Part shown: in pieces, positions 22,261 through 35,344 of the stretch
Layout of the letters: each line of letters opens with the position of its first letter
Numbering within the stretch: position 1 is the stretch's first letter
From: Octopus bimaculoides
Taxonomy: Eukaryota
Reading direction: 5' to 3'
Length of the DNA: 64,000 bases
NCBI RefSeq assembly: GCF_001194135.2
Contig: NC_068992.1
Span: 66,227,427-66,291,426 of the forward strand
Notes under the pieces: generated by a model
The model's input: only the letters and a program-made list of their open reading frames with translations
Database searches by the model: none
Told to the model about the DNA's origin: nothing
Program-made: the position numbers and the translations under genes

Positions 22261-25189
22261 TAACTTTTATTCTGTCGAATATTATTTATTTTTCTTGTTC
22301 ATACTATTAAGTTTGGATGATCATAGGTCTTCCAACTGTGGTCAGCCCCTCTATTATTCAAACATACATTATCCAATATCTGCTGTTTTTAAATACAGTA
22401 AGGTATAATTTATGGGAGATTTGGCAGCTATTTCTAGTAGGTTCAACAACCATGTAGAGAGCCTCCTTTTCTTTGTTTTAATTGTAAGAGCCACTTGAGT
22501 GCTGGAATATGCTTTACATGTAGCCCCTAGTATGGTGCCTCAGTATTTGAAGTTCAAATCATAGTTAGTTGTTGTCACTGAAATAATTAAATGTTATATA
22601 CTAATGTTAATGTGATAAAAAAATGATGTAACACACCATAGAGCACATGAATTAATTAATTCTAGATATAACTGTACATTCAGCCTTGCTCTAAAATAAT
22701 TTTGTGGTTATAACCCCTGGAGAGAGCATGCTGCTCTGATAACTTAAGGATTGTGATTTCAACCTAGTTAGAAATACTATTTTGGAACATGGCTAAATAC
22801 ACATTCTTACTTAGACTATTTGGGTTATACAGTTTATGGTATGTGATGTAATTTCATTGGTTCACTTAATATCAGATATATGCGACTCTAATTCACTGTG
22901 GATTTCTGTAGATGTTAAGAACCTAAAAGAGTGTATGTGGCTCCAACTGAGTCGATGACACTTGACACCCAATTAGGACAAAATTCTAATCCTTTGCTTA
23001 TTCAAATCTACACTTTCTCAAAATTATTTTAGAATCATTTAAAATTCACATAAATCCATTCGATATGCCACCACTTTTACAGAATTGGTCCTTTTCTTGT
23101 TCATAAAAAATTAGCCATATAATGGCCATGAGAGAAAAGTTAAGGTACCAGCTTATTAAGTGCTGGGGTCAGTTGTTTAGTCACTTGTTATACCCCTTGT
23201 TTACATTGTTTGACTCTGTTGCATCATCATTGCCATAATTTTCCATTCACTTTGCTGGCATCCATTAGAACTAAGCCTTTGTTTGAAGTTACTACCCTTG
23301 TAAATGGATCACAAAATATGTTTTGGTCGTTCCATTTGGAAATGGAAGGTGTACAGGCAAGGTATTATCTATGGCTTAATGTCCTTCCTAACACCCACCA
23401 CTTCACACAGTGTACTAGGTAGATTTTATCACAGCACCAGCACAAGAAGGGTTGTTATGTCCTCAGCAACACTGAAAGAGTCCTCTCTCCCCCACATTGT
23501 TTCCGTTCAATAAAATAATACAGCATGCATTTAATAGAACATGATTGCTGCATGTTCTATAGAATAAGTTGTGGTGCTCAGTCATTTCACCAGAATACTT
23601 TTGAATATCTGACCATTTTCAGTTTTATTTATGCAGTCAACTCCGTTAGAAATGGTATCAAGGTCACAAACTCTTCAAAAACTAATGTTTTATATAATAC
23701 AGAGAAATTAGTTGTGACCATTTCTTGGTGGGGTTGATGTCTCTCTGGATTGCAATTTGTTAGGTACGGGATAACATTGACATTTTGGGGTAGAAGGACT
23801 GAAGGTAGTTGTTAGCACAGGGACTGGGTGTGGTGGGTACAATATGAATGTCAGGAGGAGTGCTTGACTTGAAATAGCACAAGACCAGCCCTGAGGAGCA
23901 GTGGCCACTATATTGGCAGTAGAAAAGAAAAGAGTGAGGAGACATCACATCTATGTGCCAGAAGCTGGAGTGTGTTGGCAAGTGACTAAATGGAATTTTT
24001 TGATGTCACTTTTTTTCTAAAGTGACATCCAATTGTTGCCTGTACCATTTTATTATCTCTGGTAGTTGACCATGTCTTCCTGGTTCTGCTAAATGCTACC
24101 TTTCATCTTTTGTGTCTTTGACTGCATTCTTCTCTTGCTAGAATCTTTCTTCTTAGTTCTATGTCTTCTCAATTCAAACACATCTCTTTATCTCTCTTTA
24201 AACTTCTCACCTGTGAAACAGTCTCAGTTGTTTTATTTTCCTCTCAAGTCTCTTTGTTAATTAGTTCTTCCTTTTTAATTATTTTTTTTTACTTTGCAAA
24301 GAATCATGTTTCCTTGTGTTGATATTCTTGTCAATTAATTTTGAATTTCACATATCGCTTGGTTTTGTTGCTTTTATATACTCCGTTTTTGTCTAGTTCT
24401 GCTGTTCTGTTTCTTGATTTGTAACAATTCCTGCTTCTTTTGTTATTACACAGGCTGTTACATAAATTCAGTGATTTATATAAGAATTATTCATATCATT
24501 AGGGTTACTGCATTTCAATGCCAGCTTTACGCTAAGATAATTGCAATTATAAAGACATTTTCTATTATGTCCCTTCATAAAAATGATCATTAAATATGGC
24601 CAATAAAAGAAATCATTGTCATCATTAATATCGTCGTCGTCGTTGTCATTGTTATTGCCGTCATCATCATCGTTGCCGTCATCATCATCTATATGCATTC
24701 CAAGTTAGCTGGCCATATTTTAAGAATGTACAGATTTTAAAAATTGTATGATTTTTCAAGATGAGAAATGCGTTGGTTGAGAAATATTTACTGGCCCCAG
24801 CTATAAAAATATTAATATTTTTATTGGCACATTTCAATCAGCCATTCTGATTGGTTCCTTTTTCCTCCCCCCCCCCTTTTTGTATCTTGAACAACTGGTT
24901 TGAATATTTTTAACAGGAACAACAATGAAATGTATCTTGCCTTATCTATTACGACTTCCTTTATCTCACAATTAGTCACTTCCTAATCATCATCATTAAT
25001 TATTATGATCATGTTTTTAACACTTTCTGTGTATAACATTGTCTCTGTGCTGTGTGGTACAGTTGTGTTGTTGGTTATACACTCTGTATGTCTGTTGTAT
25101 TGTGTGTCTGCTGTTCGGGGCTGTATCCTGTTGTTGGGGATTGTGTTTCATGGATGTTTCGTGAGGACAGTTGGTTGGTGCAATTGTTA

Positions 25190-25347
25190 GTGTTAGACAG
25201 ATGCCTTGTAGTAATTATTCTCGCTCTTTGTGTTCTGAGTTCAAATCCTACCAAGGTCAATTTTGCCTTTCGTTCTTCTGAGGTCAATAAATTAAATACC
25301 AGTCAAGTACTGAAGTCTGTTCATCTGCTTCTTTACCCCCCCCCCCC
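25190..25347 (+). mobile_element. tRNA-derived SINE family B copy running into a gap
   Basis: TTCTGAGTTCAAATCCTACCAAGGTCAATTTTGCCTTTCGTTC...AAATTAAATACCAG. Confidence 0.7.
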
Positions 25348-25574
25348 NNNNNNNNNNNNNNNNNNNNNNNNNNNNNNNNNNNNNNNNNNNNNNNNNNNNN
25401 NNNNNNNNNNNNNNNNNNNNNNNNNNNNNNNNNNNNNNNNNNNNNNNNNNNNNNNNNNNNNNNNNNNNNNNNNNNNNNNNNNNNNNNNNNNNNNNNNNNN
25501 NNNNNNNNNNNNNNNNNNNNNNNNNNNNNNNNNNNNNNNNNNNNNNNNNNNNNNNNNNNNNNNNNNNNNNNNNN
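25348..25574. other. Assembly gap (N run)
   Basis: 227 N following a poly-C run. Confidence 1.
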
Positions 25575-25600
25575 AAATAGGGATCAGGGATGAATTAGAG

Positions 25601-25842
25601 TAGTGGTTCTCAAGTGGGGTCCACATAAGATTTTGTTGTTAAAATTTTATTTTGTGCAATAAATTGATTATATCTTTCTACAATACACAAGATATTTTAA
25701 CTAATTATTTATACAATCACTAATAATATTTAATTATAAAAATATAATTGGATTTATTTAAACACTGAATGGCTTTGGGGATCCATTCGCGTAAAATAGG
25801 AATCAAAGAGGTCCCTAGGCAAAAAACAGTTGAGAACCACTG
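25601..25842. mobile_element. hAT/Charlie-type MITE (~242 bp)
   Basis: TIRs TAGTGGTTCTCAA (25601-13) and TTGAGAACCACTG (25830-42), with an AT-rich non-coding interior. The 8-bp TSD is not preserved. Confidence 0.75.
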
Positions 25843-25884
25843 AACTATTTCTAAGACGTCTCTCATCTGTTATTTTTCCTGCGT

Positions 25885-26245
25885 GGAGGTGCAATGGCCC
25901 AGTGGTTAGGGCAGCGGACTTGCAGTCGTAGGATTGCAGTTTCGATTCCCAGACCAGGCGTTGTGAGTGTTTATTGAGCGAAAATGCCGAAAGCTCCACA
26001 AGGTTCCAGTGGTGGCGAACCCTGCTGTACTCTTTCACCACAACTTTCTCTCACTTTTTCTTCCTGCTTCTGTTGTACCTGTATTTCAAAGGGACCAGCC
26101 TTGTCATGCTGAATCTCCCCAAGAACTACATTAAGGGTACACGTGTCTGTGGAGTGCTCAGCCACTTGCACGTTAATTTCACAAGCAGGCTGTTCCGTTG
26201 ATCGGATCAACTGGAACCCTCGTTGTCGTAACCGACGGAGTACCG
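25885..26245 (+). mobile_element. tRNA-derived SINE family E, full-length-looking
   Basis: A box TGGCCCAGTGG and B box GTTTCGATTCC. The 3' part CAGCCACTTGCACGTTAATTTCAC...GATCGGATCAACTGGAACCCTC is shared, inverted, with 47940-48272. Confidence 0.8.
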
Positions 26246-27317
26246 TAGTATTCTTCCTGCTACAAAAATAAGAAAACATGGCAGGCATGGCTGGAACAAT
26301 GTGTTATTGAGTGGTGATTGTGTATAAGTGTTGCGTTGTATGAATTGGGTAAAATATGGACTGTGTTGGTGGTACTGTTGAATTGCGGAGTGTTTTGGGT
26401 TGGATGTCGGTTGTGACTAGTTGGGCTACTTTTTAAGGCTGTATATAGATTTGTAGTCCCTAGTACAATTCTTATGTTCTATGTCATACCTGGTGCCTCT
26501 GTCATGTTATTGCTATTGTATTTAACAGTTCACCTTGATCACTTTGTCAATCTAGACTGACATGTCCTAGATGTTTGTGGTCAGACAGTTATTGTGTACC
26601 ATGTTTAGGACATGCTTGCATCATTTCTCATCTCTTTTCCTATCAAAGTGTCAATACTTTGCTCAGTAGACTTAACTACTAACTTAATCATGTCTGTGAA
26701 TAGACAGAATTTTCAAGGACTGCTTTCCCAAAAATGGTGTTGTCAGTTGCCTCATGTTATTAATTGGATAATCAACAGTTGAGCTTAGCTTCTTCTCTTA
26801 TTGTATTCTTCCTATAATTATTTGTAGCTAGGCTGTGATCCTTTTCAACTACTAAAAAGACATACTGCTCCTAATTTTAATCTAGAAGTTTTGAGCCATT
26901 GTTAGCTTTTATTTTAGTTTACTTTCTTTTTGATAAATCTTACAGAGTGTTGGCTTTGGTGTAGTTTTTCTCTGGTATATTGTGGAATTTATTTTTGATT
27001 TTCATTCTTTGTTATTTTATTTAAACCTCTTCTCCAGTATTGTCCTAATTTAAATCTTTTCCTTCCATACATTTGCTTGCTGCTAAATATTTCTCTAGTC
27101 CCACTGTTGTTATTTTATATTAGTTGTCTCTAGTATAGTGTATGGAATAGATATATCAGCTTTGAGCTGCTAGCTCCAGAATGCTGTTAATAGGTAGTTT
27201 AAGCTTTTCAGTTCACTAATCTTTCAGTTTATGCTGAAGCTATAATATGGCTAATGTATTTATAATATATCATCTTATTTCTAGCATTGAATAATACAGT
27301 TGTGTTAAATTTCTGTG

Positions 27318-27411
27318 TGTTGTATGTACACCTAACTATTTATATGTGATTCTGTTGTATGTACACCTAACTATTTATATCTGTGTTGTACCTACACCAA
27401 ACTATTTGTGT
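27318..27411. repeat. Short tandem repeat, 3 copies of TGTTGTATGTACACCTAACTATTTATAT
   Basis: Copies start at 27318, 27353 and 27384; the third is degenerate. Confidence 0.85.
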
Positions 27412-27639
27412 GGTTCTGTTCTAATTCTCTGATTTTTAATACCTGGTTCTAATTTACTGTTTTCAGCTTTAGTTAATTTGACTTTCACTAGTTTTGGTAC
27501 ATTACTGTTATCTCAGTAGAATTCATGAACAACTTTTGGTAGGTTCTCCAGCTGGGTTCTTTGTAAATAAAGTCCTCCATACGGAGGAGATGGTTTATAA
27601 TTTGGTCAACATCAAGCCAAATGAGATCATAGTCATGGC

Positions 27640-28090
27640 TAACGCCATTGTTGCGTGACTGGACTGTTAAAAGCACCCTTCAATCGTTGGGCAATGTGCT
27701 GTGCTTGTGAAGACCTGTTGAACCGAGTGAAATCATTGTCGTGGCCGGTGCCAGTGCCGCCTGACTGGCACCTATACCAATGGTACGTAAAAAGCACTTT
27801 TCGAGCATTGGGCCTCATGGAGGCAGTGACAGGTGACCAAAACCCTTGGCAACATACCGTACTTATGTTAACCTGTCAAGCCAAGTGAGACTGTAGTCAT
27901 GGCACATAAAAAAACACCCACTACACTTTTGGAGTGGTTGGCATTAGGAAGGACATCCAGCCTTAGAAACCTTGCCACATCAGATCAGATTGGAACCTGG
28001 TGCAGCCCTGCAGCTTACCAGTTTTCAGTCAAACCATCCAATCCATGCCTGCACGGAAAGCAAACATTAAACAATGATGATGATGATGGT
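27640..28090 (+). mobile_element. Longer RTE 3' UTR copy with repeated hairpin modules and (GAT)n tail
   Basis: Repeated AAAAGCAC modules; hairpin GGTGCCAGT-N8-ACTGGCACC at 27747-27772; the standard 3' end. Confidence 0.8.
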
Positions 28091-30372
28091 GCTTTCATTT
28101 TTATTATCTGTAAGATCTCACTGTCACCATAGTTGTTGTCATTTTGTTTTCCTTGCTGCCATAAGTTGGATAGTTTAACAGAATTTGAAATGATTCATTG
28201 GCTTAGAAGACCGTCTCTCGATCTAATGTCTTAACTTTGGCTTGGTTTTTATAGTTGGATTCCCTTCCTAGTGTCAACCACCTAACAGAGTGAACTGGGG
28301 GTATACTTTCATATATGCACCAGCACTATAGAGGTTGTCTTGTCTTTAGCAAGACTGATGAGCCCTCCCAAGCTCGTCATTGCCTCTGCTCAATTTGCCA
28401 ACCACTTTACTGAGTGTACAGGCTGCAGTTTATTTTGACGCCAGAACTTGTGAGGTTTTGGCAGAATTTACAGTACAGTGAGTGGAAGAGATTTATTACG
28501 GAGGGAGGGAAGCATTACATATTCTCAACAGTGAGAATAGAAGAGAGCATGGTGACCGAAAACCAAGGGAAAGTGGATGAAAGTTGCAAGAGTTCAATCT
28601 CACCCTGATGTCCACTTAGACATCATGAAGGATAATGGTGGGAGTGGCAGGATATGGGGTGGTGGAGCTAACACACACACACAGTGTGCTTCTATACAGT
28701 TTTTTGTCTAACGATTGCATTCACTAGGTATAGTGTCCTCTATTCTAGCCTGGGGCTAGAATAAAGCGACTCAGAAAGGTATTACCTTGCTTTAAAGCAT
28801 ATGAGGGTTGGCAACAGAATGGCCTGCCAACTGCAGAGAATCTGCCTTAGCAAGTATCGTCCATGCAAGCATGGAAATGTGGATATGATGACGACATCGA
28901 CAGCAGTGAGGGTTGGGCTGGATATCCTCATTTCTGAGATACCAGAGTTGACAAAGAACCTATGATCAATAATACAAACATGACAAAACAGTAGCACCTT
29001 GTTTCGAGTCAATCACACCACACACAATATTGCTTGTTTTACTAAAACAATCTGTTGTTTAAAACTCTTTAAATTTGTTTTTTAATCTAAAAAAACAAAA
29101 AGCCCCAGAATATATCGAGTAGGTTATTAAAGACTTTTATTTTATAATTGTATGAGTTTCTTTTGTCAGAGTTCTGAATGATATTAATTACAGTAATTCA
29201 CATGGTTTCAGGTACTTCAGCTAGGATAGTTGTTATTTCTCAGCCTGTTTGTAGTCTCCATTGCAGTTTATATTTAAATTTACATCCATTTAATAATGTT
29301 GCCATATCATATTACACCTTCTCCTTGTACTGGCTAAATCTTATGCCATTCCCAAACTTCTTCTAGCCCCATCACTCACCCTGCAGTTCACCAAGCAGCT
29401 GTCTGACAAATCTTTCTGGGTTGTTGTTACCAGATGTGACATACAGACAAACAACAGCAACAACAACAACAATAATAATAATGATGGAAAGTGTGCCAAG
29501 TTGGTTATTTGCCTTGTTGAAAGTGAGGTCAGTGTAACCTGACTGATTAAAAGTACTGGACAAGAGGAAAGTAATAAAAGCCACCAGTGAAAAACGTCAG
29601 TGGCTCATGAATCTTAACACATTATTACAGACAGCCGGAACTCACACACACACACACACACAGACACACACACACACACACATGCATGACACACGTACAC
29701 ATGCCTAGCAGTAATAAATAACCTATATATACTATGTATGTGGCAAGTACCATACAATAAGTCCAAGTTTGTAAGCTCTGGGCAATCTGAGTTCATGACC
29801 TACTTTTAATTTCCAGAGGAAGCTATTTTCTTTCAGTGATACATTCTACACACGTGCACACACACACACACACACCAGTGGGGAACACTGTAGTGTAACT
29901 TAGGTCTGTTTGCTGTTTGTAACTATTTCACTTGCTTTGCTAAATGCCATTGAGAAATGTATGAACATCACAGCCCAGCCTAATTATATATAATGTTAGA
30001 TATTATAATATTAGTTTGGAACACATGGAAGGAAGCTGGGACAACTGTTCTCATTATGAGTCTCTTTGTCTTTTCTGTTTCCAATTAGTGTTTATAATAT
30101 GTAATATTAAATCATTCCTTAATAATGTATATATCATGATTATGTGTTTAAAATGTTGAACTAGTAACTTTTCTGATGATGAGTTCAAATCTTACTATGA
30201 CCACCATAGTATTTTTTACAAGACTTATATCAGCCAAACTATTAATGATAGGAAAGTTAATATCTTATCTGGGGTTGCAAGAAGTGATGTATTTAAGACA
30301 CTAAAGAATTTGGTTGTGGTGCTCCAGCATGACCTTGGCTGTGATGTCTGAAGCAAACTTATGAAGTAAATA

Positions 30373-31653
30373 CAAGGCTTGTTCATTAAAGATTTCCCCT
30401 GACCCACTTTCGGTTATTGCAGGAAATGGAACTTGTACAGGTATAATCATACATGTCTCTACATGTTACATTGTATATTGCATCTTTCCACTAGTATTCG
30501 TTTGTCTTCTACAGCTGCTGAAGTGGACAAAGGTGTTATAATGGAGGCAGTTCAATGCAGATCAGTGATCAGGTTCTTATACTTGAAAAGTCATGCACCA
30601 AAAGAGATTTGTGATGAGATGAAAGAAGTTTATGGTGACAATGCACCATCATACGATGTAATCAAGCACTGGCATCGCCAGTTCAAATGTGGTCGGACAT
30701 CAGTGGAAACGGCTCCTATTCCTTGATGATGTTACCATCCATAAAGTGGAAGTTGCCATTTTGGAGGATCACCACATAATTATTTGCCAACTAGCCCAAG
30801 AAGTGAAGATAAGTGTAAGGTCCATGGAAACAAAAATCATTCACGACCATTTACACAAGCTGAAGTTGTCTGCACGATGGATTCCCCAGATGCTCTCACC
30901 TTTTCAGAAGCAGGAACAAGTCAGTTGCTCCCAAGCTCTTTTGGCAATGTGCCAAGAAAATGAGAAAGAGTTTTTCAGCAGACTTATCACATAGGATGCA
31001 ACATGGGGCCATCGCTATGATCCTGAGACTAAAGTCCAGTTGAAGCAATGGAAACATGATTACTCACCACCTCTCAAGAAGGATCATGTCCAACCGTCAG
31101 CAGGCAAGATGATGCTCACAGTCTTTTGGGACCAGCGTGGAGTAGTAATGGTGGATATCCTGGCAAAGGGCACCACAACTCACGGGGCATACTACACTTC
31201 TCTGCTGCAGAAATTGCTGGACGCCATCAAAGCAGAGAGGCATGGTATGCTGACCGAAGGAGTCTGCCTCATCCCAGACAACGTCCTAGTTCACAATGTG
31301 CACATTGAACAGATCAAAGCATAGTCCTGCAGCTATGAAATCCTTCCTCATGCCCCTTACTCTTGTGACCTCTTACCATTTGACTTCCATCCACTTCTTT
31401 CCAACCATGAAGTGTTTTTTGAAGGGGAAGCACTTTTCGGAAGGTGATGACCTTATTTCCGAGGTAGAGCCTTGACTCCAGACGCAACCTACCGACTTCT
31501 ACAGAGGAGGTCTTCACAGCTGCATAAAGTGATGGGAGATGTGTGTCACCAGTGGTGGTGGCTATGTGGAGAAGTGCTAATAGTTATGCCAAGTTTTGTT
31601 TATCCCAGTCCTTGCGAAGTAGGTCAGGGGAAATCTTTAATGAACACCCTTTG
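30373..31653 (+). mobile_element. Full-length (1,281 bp) mariner transposon fossil with TIRs and TA TSD; transposase disrupted
   Basis: Left TA|CAAGGCTTGTTCATTAAAGATTTCCCCTGACCCAC versus reverse complement of right end TA|CAAAGGGTGTTCATTAAAGATTTCCCCTGACCTAC. Three broken ORFs from ATG 30541 contain WIPQML (WVPHEL motif), GKMMLTVFWD and PHAPYSCDLLPFD (YSPDLAPxD). Confidence 0.93.
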
Positions 31654-34189
31654 TAAATGCTGTTAATGGAAGTTTGTTGCGTGATTTTTTAATTTACCTC
31701 AATTTCTATTGATGCAACTACATAATGTGTGTGTGTGTGTGTGTGTTTATCTATCTGTCCTGCCTTAGGAAAGATGCCAGTCTATCTCCAGTTTGTAATT
31801 GTGTTACAGTTGCCATCATGAGGAACTCACCTCCTCATCACAATGCCTTGCTACTGTATAGTTTGAACTATGACCAGCAAAGATGTCTTTGATTACAGAA
31901 CTGACAAAGTCAGGGTAATACAGCATCTAGGGGCTTTCTTATTGGCCATAATTTCCTTTCCTATTGAGATTTCTTATTGCATTTCCTTGTCTGATGTTTT
32001 TCCAGCCTGTTTTTTTCATTCTTCATTATATGTAGGCTCCTTACATTGTCCTCTCATTGTCATAACATTGCCCTTGTGGCAAATAAGGTGTCATCATTGT
32101 CGTCATCATCATCACTCAGCTCTGTCTGCCTCAGGTGTTGTATACATGTTTACTCATCTTTTCATATGTCTTTTGGTATAAATTTATGACACTTTTGTTG
32201 TTGCCTGTTGGACCCTTTGTTTATTTTGTTGTTTCATTTATTACTAAGGTTGTCTGTTTTCAAACCTTACATTTTAGATGTTTCTGACTCCTCCTTATTC
32301 TTGGACAATTTTTCTAGGTCTTTCATGGAAATATATTTTATTGTGCTAGGTTTCAAAACCTCTATCTGTAAGCAACTGTTATTTTGTCAGTATATCTGTG
32401 AACAACATCAGGGAACTTTTCTTCTCCCTTTGTATACGTAGACATGTCCCAAATTCTTCTTCCTCTTCCATTTTTGGACACTGTCTATGGCATGCATTCA
32501 TACCATCTGTTTGCCAATTTATGCTGTTGGCACAATTTCCAGTGCCTGTAGCTGCCTACTCTGTTGTAAATGTCAGTTTACTCAGGGGGTTTTTTTTTTT
32601 TTTTTTTCTGTTTTTGCTTGTTTTCCTTAACCTTTTTTGGAAACCACAAATAATTTGAAAATAATAAAAAAAAATTGATTCAATTCATTTAGTAAAATGA
32701 CTTAACTTTTTAATGGTATATTAAGCTCTTTTAAGTTTTTACATAAAATTGTGATGGGAGGTTTTAATTCAATTAAAAACACTTTAAAACAGGTGTTTAT
32801 GAACAATGGCTCAGGTGAGTTGATATCAAAAACACCCAATGAGTGAGTCACCTGTTTCTTTCTGCTCTCAACATATATCACAACTATTACAAAATGTCTG
32901 TTTTATAGCTTTTTTTTTTTTTTTTTTGCTAAACATACATTGGTCTTTATTATTCACTGATTTATTCGGAGTAGTGTCATCATCTTAGCCCAGATAAACC
33001 AGTATGTCAAACTAATTCCTCATCTCAGAAATTCAATCAAAAACTCTTTAGATATTTGATATATATTGATCTTACAGACAGACTTTAGTTCTGTAATCAT
33101 TTCGTCTTGATCAGATATTAGGACATTGAATTTGAGCTACAGACCTTAGTGTTGTAAAATTATGGTCGTTTAACCTTGTGTCAGTTTTGGTGCAACAGTG
33201 GGATTTTGGGAAAATTTAGCTGCTAGTTTTAACAAGTCAAGTGATCACATAGTACCTTTCAGCACTGCAACCAGTGTTGGGATTTTTAGGGGTCTGTTTT
33301 GATTATTTGAACTCTGGTTGAGTACTGTCAAAACAGAGTTTCTTTTTCTCCAATCATGTCTGCCCTGTGTTTCTTTTTCTCCTCTCTCTCTCTCTCTTTC
33401 ATTGTTATACTTCTCAGCCTCTTTGAAAATGGCGAACAATTATATCTCTCATGTTTCACAAACATCTCTATCAGCCTATTGTTATTCACTGCTGTGTATT
33501 TGCATTAATTGTCATTTTCTGTAGCAGTTTTCTTATTGAAACAATTGTCTTCCTCCATCTTCTCTGATAAATATAGTTTGTCTCTGTAGCTTAGAGGTTG
33601 GTATCATGGCATTCGCAGAAAAACAACAAAATTAATGGCAGTATCAAATGATGTCTTGAATTGTTTGGTTTTTCTTTCCAGTTTCATTAATTTGTTCACC
33701 TTCTTTATTAAAAGTTAGAAATTACATAATGTACATCTGACATATTGATGCTGATTACAATTAGTTCAGTCTTTGGTGTTCCCATCATCATCATCATTCT
33801 GAAAATTAGATGACAGTTATGCCATATAGTTTGTACACAGACATAAAATAATAATAATTTTAATGTAAAAGTCAATGAACCAGTCAACATAGAGGGAAAT
33901 ATGTTTATGTCTTATCTGTAGGGTCCATAACATTGCTACAGAGATCAAAAGACATCTTTTCAACGTGATTGACTTGATTACAACACCATCAGAATTTTGT
34001 TTGCAAACTATGAATATATGGAAGCCCATCATTGTCAACATTTCATGTTGCCATTTTGGGCCTCACATTTCTATTTATTTTATGTCACAATTTGTGAATG
34101 ACTGCATTGTTGGTTACAATATTTCTTGTAGACCAATCACTGCTTCACTCTGTTTCCAATAGCAACAAGGACAGCAAAGTGTCAGCATC

Positions 34190-35335
34190 TATTTTATTTC
34201 TCTCTCTCTCACGTGGGTGGATGCATCTTCTCCACTACTTCCTGTAATCACTTATCTGGGTTCTTTGTGATCCCCTTCATGTGGTTCAACTTCTTGAGAT
34301 GAGTTTTCACCATTTTGTCTCATGTCTTCTTAGGTCCCCCTCTGCCCTATGTCCCATCCACTTGGGGCACTTCTTCATACAGCTGACATCCCCTCTACCC
34401 AGCATAATCTTTTCTCTTGCACACTAAATCTTTTTAATTCCTCATATATATATATATATCCAGCTTTTTTCTCAGCTCATTTGTGCTCCACCATTCATTG
34501 CACATTTTGTGATGCATGCTTTCTTCATTTCTTTCTCACCTCCACAAATCTTCTGCATTCAAGGCCTACATCTCACTAACAGGCAGCATTGCACTTCTTG
34601 GTAACAAGAGAAACCTTTTGTTACCAGCAGAACTAATTAGCACCCAGAACTTTTTTCCATCCTGTTCTTCTGCAGTTTACTATGTTTGAAGAATACTCTG
34701 CTCCACTGCTATTTAAGTCACCAAACTAACAAAAGCTATCAACAACATGTACAGAGACTTGTGGGTATTTGAAAGAATCTATTTCATGTGTACTCTTACT
34801 GCTGACTGCTCCTGTTCATCTGCCTCATACAAAGGCTACCTTCTCAGTCAGTCTACCTACAATCCAACCACATCTTTTGCACATCCATGCTTTACACCAG
34901 GGTACACTATATGGAATTCCTAGCTGCTCCCTCCTATAAAGCACAACCATTTGCATGATGGTAAGATGGTCCTGTTTTCATTCCTACTTAACCCCTCAAT
35001 TCTAGGTGTTGCTTCCCTTTCTAGAATTTCTTTTCTAAATCTACAAATTTAGGTCATCATCATACAAAAGTTCTCACAGACAGTCTTAAATTCTTCTGTT
35101 ATAATCTAAAAAACTGTAATGAGAAGGAGATAGTTGAGAAAGGAGCCCTGATAGACATGTAGCTGCATTCTATACTCCTTGCTGAACTCATTGCTAACTC
35201 TGATCTTGCTGAATGCACCTCTCTACATGGCTTGCATGACCCTCATCTCAAGCCATTCGTCTACTCCTAACATCCTTAGAAACCTCAAGACTGCAGAGTG
35301 TGGAACCCTCTGTGGAACCTGCCATATAAACATAC
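34190..35335 (-). mobile_element. Degenerate RTE reverse-transcriptase-to-C-terminus fragment
   Basis: Minus strand: RVPHS...LGVDEWL..RVMQAM, VYQGSFL(N)YLLLI, ITEEFKT..ELLYDDDL (YADD motif, ~35050-35070), then VDGT.GRGGPKKT near 34320. Confidence 0.82.
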
Positions 35336-35344
35336 CCACACATG

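Noticed and set aside
25885-25960. tRNA genes (also ~15604, 46019, 48200, 51727)
   Set aside because: A/B boxes are present, but no complete cloverleaf forms and each continues into a repeated SINE body.
28420-28600. RT-like peptide SVINLFHSLY...SSGVKIN on the minus strand
   Set aside because: Too short and degenerate, with no flanking RT motifs.
30541-31580. SETMAR-like domestication (mariner fused to a SET gene)
   Set aside because: The transposase has frameshifts and stops, has no evident in-frame splice sites and lies 5' of the SET region.
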